From Terrimicrobiaceae bacterium (lineage in GTDB: Bacteria > Verrucomicrobiota > Verrucomicrobiia > Chthoniobacterales > Terrimicrobiaceae), in the NCBI GenBank assembly GCA_041752695.1, contig JBGSVZ010000070.1, positions 1 through 64,000 of the forward strand: 64,000 nt of DNA. Direction: 5' to 3'. The notes beneath the pieces are model-generated. The model was not told the origin of the DNA and ran no database searches. It saw only the letters and a list, made by a program, of their open reading frames with translations. The first letter of the stretch is position 1, and every line of letters starts with the position of its first letter. Both the position numbers and the translations under genes were made by a program. Below, piece after piece: positions 46,324 to 55,778 of the stretch.

Positions 46324-47775
46324 ATGAAACCCACAACACTTATTTTTTGCCTGTCAGCTCTTCTGCCAAGTCTTGTCCATGCCGTCGGTGATTCGATGGC
46401 GCCTCTTACCACCAAGGCATCGGATGCCGTGGCTTCGTCTCCGGACATGTTTGTCTTCGAATCCAACCTGCCTGAATACAATGAGGCCTGGCTCAAGGCC
46501 CGCCAGGTGGTGGCCAATGATAGCAAACACGGGAAATTCATCGCCGGCAAAGGCTGGCCTCAGGTCTGGACGCGCGACTCCTCGTTTTCCATGGACCTCG
46601 CCTTGTCGCTGTTGGAGACCAGCCTGTGCGAGGCCACGCTGCTCGGACTCAAACAGGAAGTGCCCGGCATCGGCGAATGTTGGGAGCAGGATTTCTGTGG
46701 GCACTTTGCTGGCTGGCCGAATCTCACCGACTCCATCGTCGGAGCGCTCGGTGCCTGGTCGCTCTATCTGGTCACCGGGGACAAGACCACCCTGCCTGTC
46801 TTCTATGAACGCACGGTCAACACTCTGAAACGCGCGGAGCGAGACGCCTTCCAGTCCGACACCGGGCTCTTCGGCGGTTGTTCCTCGTTCATGGAATCCA
46901 ACAGTGCTTATCCTGCAAAATATGAAAACAACGGCCCCCTCGTTGCCAAGACGGCGGCGCTGAGCACCAACGCCCTCTACTATCAGGGTTACGTGATCGC
47001 GGGTCTGATGGCTGACATCCTTGGCAAGGATTCGGCACCCTTCCGTGCCAAGGCCGCGGCGTTGAAGGATGCCATCAACAAGCATCTGTGGCAGGAAGAC
47101 AAGGGATACTACGGCTACTTTCTCGACGAAGAACGGAAACTTTTTCCCGTGATGGAAGGATTGGGCGAGGCCCTGTGCATCCGCTTCGGGATTGCCGACT
47201 CCGCACGCGCACGTCAGGTGCTCGCGTCCACGCCCACGACGCCGAATGGCTTCCCTTGCCTGTGGCCGCAGTTGCCCGATTACATGGATTATACCGCACG
47301 GCCGTCCTATCGCTACCACAACGGCATGATCTGGCCCTTTGTGCAGGGTTACTGGGCCCGCGCTGCCATCCATCTCAGCGATCTGCCGAAATTCGACGAG
47401 GAGTTGGTCAAACTGCTCGCCCTCTCGCAGAAAACCGACACCGTCAAAGAGTTTTACTTTCCCGAGGACGGCCGCCCCGATGGTTCCTCTGACCAGCTTT
47501 GGAGCGCGTCCGGTTATCTGGGCATGGTTTTGCACGGCCTGCTGGGCATGAACTTTGAGGAGGACGGCATCCGCTTCGCCCCGTTGGTGCCGGACCGATT
47601 TTCGACGATTTCGATGAAGAGGGTCAAGTACCGCGACAGCGTCCTGAACGTTCGAATCCTCGGACACGGCACCCGTATCGCCAGTTTCAAGTTGGACGGA
47701 AAAACCATGGAGAAACCCTTCTTCGATGCGACCCTGAGCGGGACGCATGAGATCGAGATCGTCCTCAAAGACTGA
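46324..47775 (+). CDS. Exported (alpha/alpha)6-barrel glycoside hydrolase (GH63/GH78/debranching-enzyme-like)
   Basis: AGKGWPQVWTRDS, ALSTNALYY, LKDAINKHLW, YHNGMIWPFV, QLWSASG. Confidence 0.78.
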   Translation: MKPTTLIFCLSALLPSLVHAVGDSMAPLTTKASDAVASSPDMFVFESNLPEYNEAWLKARQVVANDSKHGKFIAGKGWPQVWTRDSSFSMDLALSLLETSLCEATLLGLKQEVPGIGECWEQDFCGHFAGWPNLTDSIVGALGAWSLYLVTGDKTTLPVFYERTVNTLKRAERDAFQSDTGLFGGCSSFMESNSAYPAKYENNGPLVAKTAALSTNALYYQGYVIAGLMADILGKDSAPFRAKAAALKDAINKHLWQEDKGYYGYFLDEERKLFPVMEGLGEALCIRFGIADSARARQVLASTPTTPNGFPCLWPQLPDYMDYTARPSYRYHNGMIWPFVQGYWARAAIHLSDLPKFDEELVKLLALSQKTDTVKEFYFPEDGRPDGSSDQLWSASGYLGMVLHGLLGMNFEEDGIRFAPLVPDRFSTISMKRVKYRDSVLNVRILGHGTRIASFKLDGKTMEKPFFDATLSGTHEIEIVLKD

Positions 47776-47800
47776 GGCATCCCAGACCAAGACGGTTCCC

Positions 47801-49276
47801 TTATTCCAGTTCGGCCAGAAATTTCTCCGCCACTTTCCGATGGGCGGAAAGTTTGTCGCCCAGCTTGTCGCAGAGCCGCGCCATCATGGCCAGACGCGGG
47901 TTGCCAAGGAAAAATTTCCGGTGATCCGCGATAAAGGTCCAGAACAGCGCGTCCCAAACGTCGCACCATGGGCCACGTTTGTGGTCGGACATTTTGCGCA
48001 CATAATTTGATCCCGAAATGTAAGGCTTCGTGGTGAACCCTCCCCCATCGGCAAATTGCGACATTCCATAAACGTTAGGCACCATCACCCAATCGTAGGA
48101 GTCGATGAACATTTCCATAAACCAGAGGTACACATCGTCCGGGTGAATGCGGCAGAGCAACAGGAAATTGCCCAGCACCATGAGACGCTCGATGTGGTGA
48201 CAATATCCGGTGGCCAGCACCTGCCGAATGGCATGATCCACCGGCTCAATCCCGGTCGTCCCCTCGTAAAAAGCGCGGGGCATCCGACGTTCGAAGCCCC
48301 AGAAATTGCGGGTCCGCATCGCTTTGCCCTGGCGTTCATACATGGCCCGCATGAACTCTCTCCACCCAATGATCTGACGGACAAATCCCTCCAGGGAGTT
48401 CATCGGCACCTGATGGCTCGAAGCAAAGGCCAGGGCCTTCCTCAGAACCTGCTCGGGAGTGAGCAGACCGATATTGAGTGCCGGGGTCAGCACCGAGTGA
48501 AACATCACGGGATGCCGCACGGACATCGCATCCTCATAGTCCCCAAAGCCCGCAAAGCGCTTCGCCAGAAACTCGTCCAGCCAGAGATCCGCAGCCTCGT
48601 GAGTCGTCGGGTAGAAAAACGGAGTTTCCCGCCCTCGCGACTCCGGGAACTGCACGACAATGTCCCGGGCAATCTCCCGGACATCCTGCTGCACCCCCGG
48701 CAAGGACGGAATGGCGAGATCTTTGGGCAGCCGCTTGCGGTTTTCCGTATCGAACGACCATTGGCCGCCCACCGGTTCTCCGGACGCGGACACCAGGACC
48801 TTCATGCGCCGCCGCTGTTTTTCATAAAACCGGGCCATGAAAGGCTTTTGGCCGCGTCCGAAACACTCCTCCAAAAACGAGGCCGGCGTCAAAAATTGAG
48901 GCGTTCCCGAGATCTGACATTCCACACCGCGAGACTCGGCGAATTTTCGAAGTCTCCCGGAAAGGACATCATCCACAGGATCCACGAAATGAAGGTGGGT
49001 CACGGGCCTGGGAACATGCTTTTCCAAGATCTGCCCGGTGCTGCCGCCTGCCGGGCATTTTACCACCTTGGCTTTCCAGCCTTCCCGCATTAATTTCTCC
49101 GCAAAAGCCCCCATGGAAGCCCGATGCAGAACGAGCTTTTGCCGGTGCATCCGCGACGGCCATCGGGCATCCGGGCCGAAAAAAAGAGGATCTTCCACCA
49201 GGAGGATGTCGCGCCCCGTTAACACCGCCGGATGCGGCCAGAAGAGCTGGTGCGGAAAGATCAACGTGAGTTCCAT
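47801..49276 (-). CDS. Cryptochrome/photolyase family protein, prokaryotic (6-4) photolyase class, apparently without the Fe-S cluster
   Basis: LIFPHQLF, HRQKLVLHRASM, GGQWSFDTENRK, FGDYEDAM, EGFVRQIIGWREF, YCHHIERLM, DSYDWVMVPNVYGM, TKPYISGSNY. Confidence 0.93.
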   Translation of the reverse strand: MELTLIFPHQLFWPHPAVLTGRDILLVEDPLFFGPDARWPSRMHRQKLVLHRASMGAFAEKLMREGWKAKVVKCPAGGSTGQILEKHVPRPVTHLHFVDPVDDVLSGRLRKFAESRGVECQISGTPQFLTPASFLEECFGRGQKPFMARFYEKQRRRMKVLVSASGEPVGGQWSFDTENRKRLPKDLAIPSLPGVQQDVREIARDIVVQFPESRGRETPFFYPTTHEAADLWLDEFLAKRFAGFGDYEDAMSVRHPVMFHSVLTPALNIGLLTPEQVLRKALAFASSHQVPMNSLEGFVRQIIGWREFMRAMYERQGKAMRTRNFWGFERRMPRAFYEGTTGIEPVDHAIRQVLATGYCHHIERLMVLGNFLLLCRIHPDDVYLWFMEMFIDSYDWVMVPNVYGMSQFADGGGFTTKPYISGSNYVRKMSDHKRGPWCDVWDALFWTFIADHRKFFLGNPRLAMMARLCDKLGDKLSAHRKVAEKFLAELE

Positions 49277-49361
49277 GATAATTTTACGGAGGTAAGAGGT
49301 GGGGGGACTCAGAATTCCGGATTTTTCGTAAAACCGTGGGGGCAGGACAACGCCGCACCGC

Positions 49362-50672
49362 CTAGGGAGAACGCAATCGCAGATAGACCGGTGACTCGCC
49401 CACCGGCAGCTTCACCGTTCCCGTGCTCCGGACGAAAGGGACGTTTTCCGGTGGACCTTCCTGCAACGGCATGCGTTCGGCTTCGAGAGGTTCGTCCGTC
49501 ACGGTGATGGATTTTTCGACTTCCCGCTGATCACCCGTAGGCGACCAGATCGCCCACACCGGCTCTTTTGGCCTTTCCGGATTGATGAATTCATAGATAT
49601 AAAGATCGTCGGTTTGTCTAATGACCCTGGAGAAACGGAAGTCGCCCAAGGTTTTTTGCAGATGGGCCATGGCCCAGTACGCGGCCTTGGGCTCAAAATT
49701 GCGTGTCAGGCCCGAGGAGGCATGGAAGGACGGCTTGTCATCATCATTGTAATAATAGACATAGGCACGATCCAGCGCGAGCGAGGAGAAAATGAAAAAC
49801 GAGCGCACGATCCACTGGGCCTGTTCCGTTTCCGTGGAGGAAACCCACTTTGCCATATTACCCTCGGCTGGGGGTTCCTTCGACGAGGCGTCATAGCCGA
49901 ATTCGGTCAGCCAGATCTCCTTGCCTGGGGCGTTTTTATCGCGCCATTTCTCAAGATCCTCCACGACCTTGAGATAGGGAATATCGGGATGTTCGGGAAA
50001 AACGCGCCGCCACGTTGGCCAGCCTTCGATCATCGAGTACGAATGGACGTTGATCACATCGTAAAGATCTTCCAGCCCTTTGATGGAGGCCATGTTTTTG
50101 GAATACTTGTCGGCGTCCCTAGCCATGGCGGCCGCGGTGACAATTTTCAATTTGGGATCGCCCTCGCGCAGCCCCTTAGCCAGACTTTTAAAGACCGTGC
50201 GGTAGGTGGCGTCATCATAGTCCACGGGCTCGTTGCCAATCTCCGCCGCCTCAACCAGGGCGGTCGGCGAGGATGGACCCAGAGCGGAGGCAAACGACCG
50301 TCCATATTCCTCCAAGATTAGCGCCATGTCATTCCAACGGTCTGGCTTGATAAAATCAAACTGCAGGGAGGCGTTGATCCGAAACCCCTCCGCCCTCCAT
50401 GATCCATAAACCTTCTCCCAATCCACCAAGCCGCTGGAGTCAATTTTGATCCTCGAAAGCGGCAACTGCGGTGCCAAGGAAGCATCATCGCCAATGTCCC
50501 AAGGCATCGGATGATAGTTGCGCACCAGCGAGCAAGTCGGACGATACAGCCCAGGGCGAAAGTGGTAGTGGCCATTGATGCCCATGAAATCGCGGAGCAG
50601 CGGTTTCTCCGCGGAAAGAGAGACGGGAAAGGAAAGGGCCAGCAAAGAGGCAAGAGCGAAGGGCGTTCTCAT
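49362..50672 (-). CDS. Exported clan GH-A-like TIM-barrel glycoside hydrolase, family uncertain
   Basis: Signal peptide; EIGNEP (acid/base), DVINVHSY, EIWLTEFGYD (nucleophile), PKAAYW. Start ATG 50672. Confidence 0.75.
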   Translation of the reverse strand: MRTPFALASLLALSFPVSLSAEKPLLRDFMGINGHYHFRPGLYRPTCSLVRNYHPMPWDIGDDASLAPQLPLSRIKIDSSGLVDWEKVYGSWRAEGFRINASLQFDFIKPDRWNDMALILEEYGRSFASALGPSSPTALVEAAEIGNEPVDYDDATYRTVFKSLAKGLREGDPKLKIVTAAAMARDADKYSKNMASIKGLEDLYDVINVHSYSMIEGWPTWRRVFPEHPDIPYLKVVEDLEKWRDKNAPGKEIWLTEFGYDASSKEPPAEGNMAKWVSSTETEQAQWIVRSFFIFSSLALDRAYVYYYNDDDKPSFHASSGLTRNFEPKAAYWAMAHLQKTLGDFRFSRVIRQTDDLYIYEFINPERPKEPVWAIWSPTGDQREVEKSITVTDEPLEAERMPLQEGPPENVPFVRSTGTVKLPVGESPVYLRLRSP

Positions 50673-50812
50673 CAGGAATGGAGGGGTTGAAAAATTCGGA
50701 GCGCCTTCGCGTTTATGGCATGACCGGGAATTTACGACATACTCCAATTTTTGCCACGGCAGACAGCACACTCATTTTGATTCGAGCCAGGAATCCCCGT
50801 AGAGCGGACGAT

Positions 50813-51943
50813 TTAATCTCGATACAAAAATCCCCAATCGACGGGAGCCCGGACGATCCGTGAGTTGTTGCCATGAAGAAGCACGCCTTGGGCCTCCCGG
50901 GTTATTTGCCTGACTGTCTCAAAACCCTTAGGCACCTCCGCCACGCCCATGATGATATTGACCACGAGAGGCTTTTTCCGACTCAACCTCAGCACGGTGG
51001 GGATACCCGCCTCGGACACGGCGTTTTTCGCGGAAGATTCGGCCAGTCCGTCATGAAAGTGGCTGGTCACTTCTTCGAGACCCAGCACCTGCCGGTGGCG
51101 TCCGTTCCACGGTGGGTAATGCCGACCGCCATTGCTGTGCCAGAGCACCGTCGAAGCCAGCACGCGGGGGTCCTTGAGAGAAAACCAGACGTATTTCTCG
51201 CCCGGAAAAACGACCGCCGTCCACGCAAAATCTTCACCCGGCCGGGAACTGACCATAACCAGATCCTCGAACCCCGCTCTGGCTGGGTACCGCGTGAGAT
51301 CGGTGGTGCCTCCCGCGGCCAACGGAACTTTCGCCAGGGTGCGAAACCTCGCCCCCGCCTTCAGTGCGCAATATCCCCCCATCTCCGGTTTTTCGAACAC
51401 TCCCGGATAGACCTGCCCAAAACCCGTCGGGCTTGTGCTGATGCGCCCGCCCGAGTCGGGAAATCGGAGCATCGCGTGATGCCCCAAATTCATCGGGCCG
51501 GAAGCCCCCCGCACGATATGTCGACAATAGACAGCCTGGTGTCCGGTCACCAGACGAATGGTTTTTTCCACCACCGCCTTTCGTACGTGCGTTTCGAGAT
51601 GAAGCCGCAAAACTTCCTCACCGCCCTCGCGGCTCAGGCCGTCAAACGTCCAGGCCTCGTTGGCCGTTTCGCCGTGAGCCGGGTGCTTCTCGCCCCGCCA
51701 TGTCCGGCCGTTTCCTCCAAAAGGCAGACAAAAAAAGTCGCCGCGCAGCACCCTCAGAATCTGAGGAAATCCTGGCCCAATCTGCTCCTCCGCCCAGGGC
51801 GCCACGTGGAACGGACTCACCACCCGCCGGGCGAATTGGAATTGCACCGGACCAAGATGTCCACCCTGCCGGGTGACCGCCGCCTGCACGCAATCGGATT
51901 CCAGAGCCCACGATGGCTGGCCGGAAACAGAGGACAGTTTCAT
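50813..51943 (-). CDS. Conserved hypothetical protein, aldose-1-epimerase/mutarotase-like fold
   Basis: LRGDFFCLPFGG, HPAHGE..N..W, MNLGHHAML, LGLE: His/His/Glu pattern reminiscent of the mutarotase fold. Start ATG 51943. Confidence 0.55.
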   Translation of the reverse strand: MKLSSVSGQPSWALESDCVQAAVTRQGGHLGPVQFQFARRVVSPFHVAPWAEEQIGPGFPQILRVLRGDFFCLPFGGNGRTWRGEKHPAHGETANEAWTFDGLSREGGEEVLRLHLETHVRKAVVEKTIRLVTGHQAVYCRHIVRGASGPMNLGHHAMLRFPDSGGRISTSPTGFGQVYPGVFEKPEMGGYCALKAGARFRTLAKVPLAAGGTTDLTRYPARAGFEDLVMVSSRPGEDFAWTAVVFPGEKYVWFSLKDPRVLASTVLWHSNGGRHYPPWNGRHRQVLGLEEVTSHFHDGLAESSAKNAVSEAGIPTVLRLSRKKPLVVNIIMGVAEVPKGFETVRQITREAQGVLLHGNNSRIVRAPVDWGFLYRD

Positions 51944-52020
51944 CTTTTTAATGAACCCGAAACCCTTCGCGAACTGGAGCGAAAAACGTGGCTGTGCCAA
52001 AAAAATCGAAATGTGCCCGG

Positions 52021-53310
52021 TCAGTCCTCCGGCCAGACCACCAGGACGGGCCTGCGGCATTTCTGCAAGACGCCAAGGGCAACCGATCCCAGAAGGCGGG
52101 CCGCCACGCCAGGCCGGGTGTGCGCGCCCACACAGACAATGTCGACGTTGTTCGTCTCGGCCGCTTCGCAGATACCTTGGACCACATCATCACAGGCCTC
52201 GACAAGCACTTCGGTGCGAACGCCGCCGGTCCCCACGGGAATGACCTTTTCCAGTCGGGCGACGGCCTCGGAATCATCCTGCCATGCCGCTCCCGGAGGA
52301 GTTTTCACGTTCAACAAAAACACCGCGCCCTCTGTACTCACAATCGAATAGGCCATAGGCAGAGCCAGGGAGTCGGACTTCTCCAGATCAACCGCCGCGA
52401 GCACGCGACGACATCTTCGCATGGCCGGCGCACCCTGCACCGGCACGCAGGCCACGTTCATCGGGGCATGGCGCAATATCCCGCGAGAAACCGATCCCCG
52501 CGTCCAGCGCTCCAGGCCCATCCGGTGATGCGTCCCGACGACCAGGAGGTCGGCCCCCGTTTCCACCGCCAGTCCGACCAGATGGGCGTCCACGCGACCC
52601 CAGCCAGGCTGCACGATGATGCCGGTTTCGCCGCCTGTCTCCGCGCCGACCATTTCCCGGAAGTCCCGTTCGAGAACCTGTTGGATTTCGGGCGAATTCG
52701 CGGTGAGGTCAAGGGGCCCTCCAACCCCCAGCCGCTCCCGCTCGGCAGGAGGCCAATTGACATAAGCAGCGGTTAATTGACAGGAGCCCAGACTGCGCAA
52801 ACCCGCCGCCCAGCGCAGGGCCTCCCGCGCACTGTCGGAAAAATCGGCCGCCACCAGGACCTTGAGGAGCCGGTGACCCGCCGCCCAGTCCACGAAAATG
52901 TCGGGTTGCCGGACCACCAATGTTGGCACGGGGGCGGACTCGGCCACCGCCTCGGAGACACTGCCCAGCGTCCATCGGTCGATTGCGGTTTTACTTACCG
53001 GTGAGACCACCAGGAGTTCCACGTCCGGGCGTAGCGCCACCTCTTCCACCATGGTCCGTCCGGCCCACTCGCCCAGCAACAACTCACCGTTCACCGAGAC
53101 GCCGGTGTCGGCCAGCCGTACCGATTCATCATGCAACTGACGGCGGGCGGCGGCGTGGGCTTCGGTTGGCTCGTCCTCATCCGACACATGGAAAAGCGTC
53201 AGGGTCTTCCCGCCGATCCGGGCCAGGGCGGCCGCGGCGTTGGCAGCTCCCTGGGCATTGGCGGAGAAATCGGTGCCGCAGACGATGGTTTTTCGGGGGG
53301 AATTTTTCAT
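52021..53310 (-). CDS. Universal stress protein with three tandem USP domains
   Basis: IVCGTDFS..LGSVSE..PTLVV; VLVAADFS..DLLVVGTH..GSVSRG; VLAAVD..LLGSVA..RPVLVV. Confidence 0.92.
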   Translation of the reverse strand: MKNSPRKTIVCGTDFSANAQGAANAAAALARIGGKTLTLFHVSDEDEPTEAHAAARRQLHDESVRLADTGVSVNGELLLGEWAGRTMVEEVALRPDVELLVVSPVSKTAIDRWTLGSVSEAVAESAPVPTLVVRQPDIFVDWAAGHRLLKVLVAADFSDSAREALRWAAGLRSLGSCQLTAAYVNWPPAERERLGVGGPLDLTANSPEIQQVLERDFREMVGAETGGETGIIVQPGWGRVDAHLVGLAVETGADLLVVGTHHRMGLERWTRGSVSRGILRHAPMNVACVPVQGAPAMRRCRRVLAAVDLEKSDSLALPMAYSIVSTEGAVFLLNVKTPPGAAWQDDSEAVARLEKVIPVGTGGVRTEVLVEACDDVVQGICEAAETNNVDIVCVGAHTRPGVAARLLGSVALGVLQKCRRPVLVVWPED

Positions 53311-53398
53311 GGCCTTAACGCTTATTTTGGATCATTCGGGAGGCTCCCGGCCCGGCGGAGTTTCCGGGCCAATTTCTTGAGGGGTCGGTTTCATGGGT

Positions 53399-53863
53399 TC
53401 AGCCGGCCACCTCGCAAAGGTCCAACAGCCGGACCCGGGTGGATTGGAGACGTTGCAGCACCAGCCCGCCCACGCGGATGGCCAGGCAATACCCAAAGGC
53501 GGGATTATCCGCGGCAAGGGTGCGCAGTTTGTCCGCGTCAAAAACAATGGCCTCGGTCGATGTGGTGGCACGGGCACTGAAGTGCCATTGATACGGCGGA
53601 AAGAGCCACGACCAGCCAAGCGCCTCCCCGGCACCCAAAGTTAGCAAAGTAATGACCCCTTCACCAGGGATATACGGCGTCTCCAGAGCGATCTCTCCTT
53701 CGATGATGAGATAGAACCGGCCGGCGTCGAAGTCCTTCTTGAAGAGTTGTTCGTGCGCGCGGAAGTTTTCCAGTCTCGCGCATCCAGCCAGCATGGGCAG
53801 GTATTCCGGCGGCAGATCGTGAAAAAACGGGTGATCGGCAATGGTCATTTCGAGGGTTTTCAT
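53399..53863 (-). CDS. Stand-alone cyclic-nucleotide-binding (Crp/Fnr sensory) domain protein
   Basis: HPFFHDL, FYLIIEGEI, LGAGEALGWSWLFPPYQWHFSARA; no HTH. Confidence 0.88.
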   Translation of the reverse strand: MKTLEMTIADHPFFHDLPPEYLPMLAGCARLENFRAHEQLFKKDFDAGRFYLIIEGEIALETPYIPGEGVITLLTLGAGEALGWSWLFPPYQWHFSARATTSTEAIVFDADKLRTLAADNPAFGYCLAIRVGGLVLQRLQSTRVRLLDLCEVAG

Positions 53864-54050
53864 AAAGAGCTTTTCTTGATGAAAAGATAACGCTCCCGGG
53901 AAACGCCGCCTTCCGATCCTTGTCCGATCCCAACCCTTTTTTGGCGCCCTGAAAATGCCGGAAATCGTCTGAAAAATGCCAATTCCCGGTTAGCGGCCCA
54001 CCCTCCCGCGTGCGACAAATACCTCGGAGCAAAACCGGCCTCCCTCCCAT

Positions 54051-55022
54051 ATGACACCGGACCTCACCGCCACCTACCTCGGACTCACGCTGCGAAGCCC
54101 GCTCGTCCCCTCCGCCTCGCCCCGCAGCGAATTGGTCAGTAATGTCGAACGCATGGCCGAGGCCGGAGCCGGGGCCGTGGTGTTTCATTCCCTCTTTGCC
54201 GAACAGCTCGAACCGGGTCACGCCGACGATTTCAAAATCTCTCCGGAGGAATATTGTCGGCACATCACCACCGCCCGGCAGCATGTGTCCATTCCGCTGA
54301 TTGCCAGCATGAACGCCACCGTCTGCGGCAGTTGGCTGGATGCCGCGCGGAGGATCGAGGATGCGGGAGCGCACGCCATCGAGCTGAACCTCTACCACGG
54401 CCCGGAAGTCTCCTCAAAAACGTCCGCGCAGATTGAGGAAGACGCCATCGAAACCGTTCGCCGCCTGACAAAAACCGTGACCATCCCCGTGGCGGTCAAA
54501 CTTACCCCATACTACACCAACCTCTTTCACCTCGCCCGAGACTTTGAATTCGCCGGAGCCCGGGGCCTTGTCCTTTTCACCCGTTTCTCCGTGCCCGACC
54601 CCGGCGCCCTCCATGGAAGGAATTTTCTCACCCTCCCCCTTAGTAGTCCGGTGGACATGCAACTGCCCATGCACTGGATCGCTGTGCTCTCCCGGCGGCT
54701 GGGCGTCTCCCTGGCAGCCACCGGCGGCATCCAGCGTTCGTCCGACGTGATCCGCATGATCATGGCCGGTGCGGACATCGCCATGATCTGTTCCGTACTC
54801 CTCCGCCGCGGCATTTCGTATCTCGCGGAATTGGAGCGGGGCCTCGTGGAATGGATGAATGAACTCGGCTACTCGCGCATTGGGGACTTTCAAAAATGCC
54901 TGAGTTTTCCCCCGGAGAGCGAACCGGGGATCACCGAACGGAAAAATTACATCCGCCTCCTCACTCACTCCGAACACGCCCTCAATTCCCTCGCGCAAAT
55001 CGAGCGGAGAAATGGAACGTAA
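54051..55022 (+). CDS. Dihydroorotate dehydrogenase-like flavoprotein
   Basis: DLTATYLGLTLRSPLVPSASP, GAGAVVFHSLF, IPLIASMN, AIELNLY, IPVAVKLTPYY, LAATGGI. Confidence 0.88.
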   Translation: MTPDLTATYLGLTLRSPLVPSASPRSELVSNVERMAEAGAGAVVFHSLFAEQLEPGHADDFKISPEEYCRHITTARQHVSIPLIASMNATVCGSWLDAARRIEDAGAHAIELNLYHGPEVSSKTSAQIEEDAIETVRRLTKTVTIPVAVKLTPYYTNLFHLARDFEFAGARGLVLFTRFSVPDPGALHGRNFLTLPLSSPVDMQLPMHWIAVLSRRLGVSLAATGGIQRSSDVIRMIMAGADIAMICSVLLRRGISYLAELERGLVEWMNELGYSRIGDFQKCLSFPPESEPGITERKNYIRLLTHSEHALNSLAQIERRNGT

Positions 55023-55037
55023 AACAATCGGCACAGA

Positions 55038-55778
55038 TCAAGGCAACGTCAGGGCCGACCGGAGTAACATCGCGAAACCATCCGCATTTTCCTCGCCCCG
55101 TCGTTCCAGCACAAGGCGCAGGAGCGAGGAGGAGAAAAAATACACCCTTCCCTTGCCCACCCTGTTGACCGTGACAAATGGCACCGAGTTGCCGTCCGAA
55201 ACCATTGTGGCCAGTTGATCCGCCGAGGTCACGGCGCTGGCGATGGGAAGAGAGGACAATTGCCATTCCATCACCGACGGCACACTCTGGCCCGCCGCAG
55301 CCAACCATTTCTCCCCATCAGAGGTGAGAGAAATCCCTGAGCACTCGGTCACGTCGGGAATGCTCCCGAACCCCGTCAGATCTGCCCCAGCCCCAAGAGA
55401 CCTTTTCGGAAAGACATTGGTAATGCCGTAATGGCAGAAAACCACCACGCCCCCCGACTTCAGGTAGGCTTGCACGATCTCAAGATTTTCCGGGTCGCTC
55501 CAGGTGGCATTCGCCGCATTCAGAGCCTTTTCGTCCCGCTCAGCGAACACGATCGCGCGATATTTGGCATAGTCCGCCACTGGGATGGGGATTTCACTAA
55601 AGCGTTCCACGGTCAAACCGAGCGGAGAGACGACGCGATTCGAAATCTCCGAAATGGCAGGGTCTGGTCCGGACACGGCCACAATCGTGGAAGTTTCTGG
55701 AAGGGTCTGGGCTTGGACACCAAGAACCATGGCCAGACTGACGAAAACCGAACGCGCGAAAACCGAAATGATATCCAC
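55038..55778 (-). CDS. Exported hypothetical protein with class-I glutamine-amidotransferase/ThuA-like fold
   Basis: Signal-like N-terminus (GTG 55778, start uncertain); YRAIVF, YLKSGGVVVF, TVNRVGKGRVYFF. Confidence 0.6.
   Translation of the reverse strand: MDIISVFARSVFVSLAMVLGVQAQTLPETSTIVAVSGPDPAISEISNRVVSPLGLTVERFSEIPIPVADYAKYRAIVFAERDEKALNAANATWSDPENLEIVQAYLKSGGVVVFCHYGITNVFPKRSLGAGADLTGFGSIPDVTECSGISLTSDGEKWLAAAGQSVPSVMEWQLSSLPIASAVTSADQLATMVSDGNSVPFVTVNRVGKGRVYFFSSSLLRLVLERRGEENADGFAMLLRSALTLP

Noticed and set aside
49277..49361. SOS/LexA box before the photolyase
   Set aside because: No TGTTC-N4-GAACA-like site; only a loose TTTTACG/CGTAAAA inverted pair with a long spacer.
53876..53890. 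FNR box upstream of the cNMP-binding gene
   Set aside because: Only the TTGAT half-site matches; the second half (AGATA/GATAA) is poor.
54051..55022. pyrD call
   Set aside because: The catalytic Cys/Ser loop is absent and there is no pyr gene context; called DHOD-like only.
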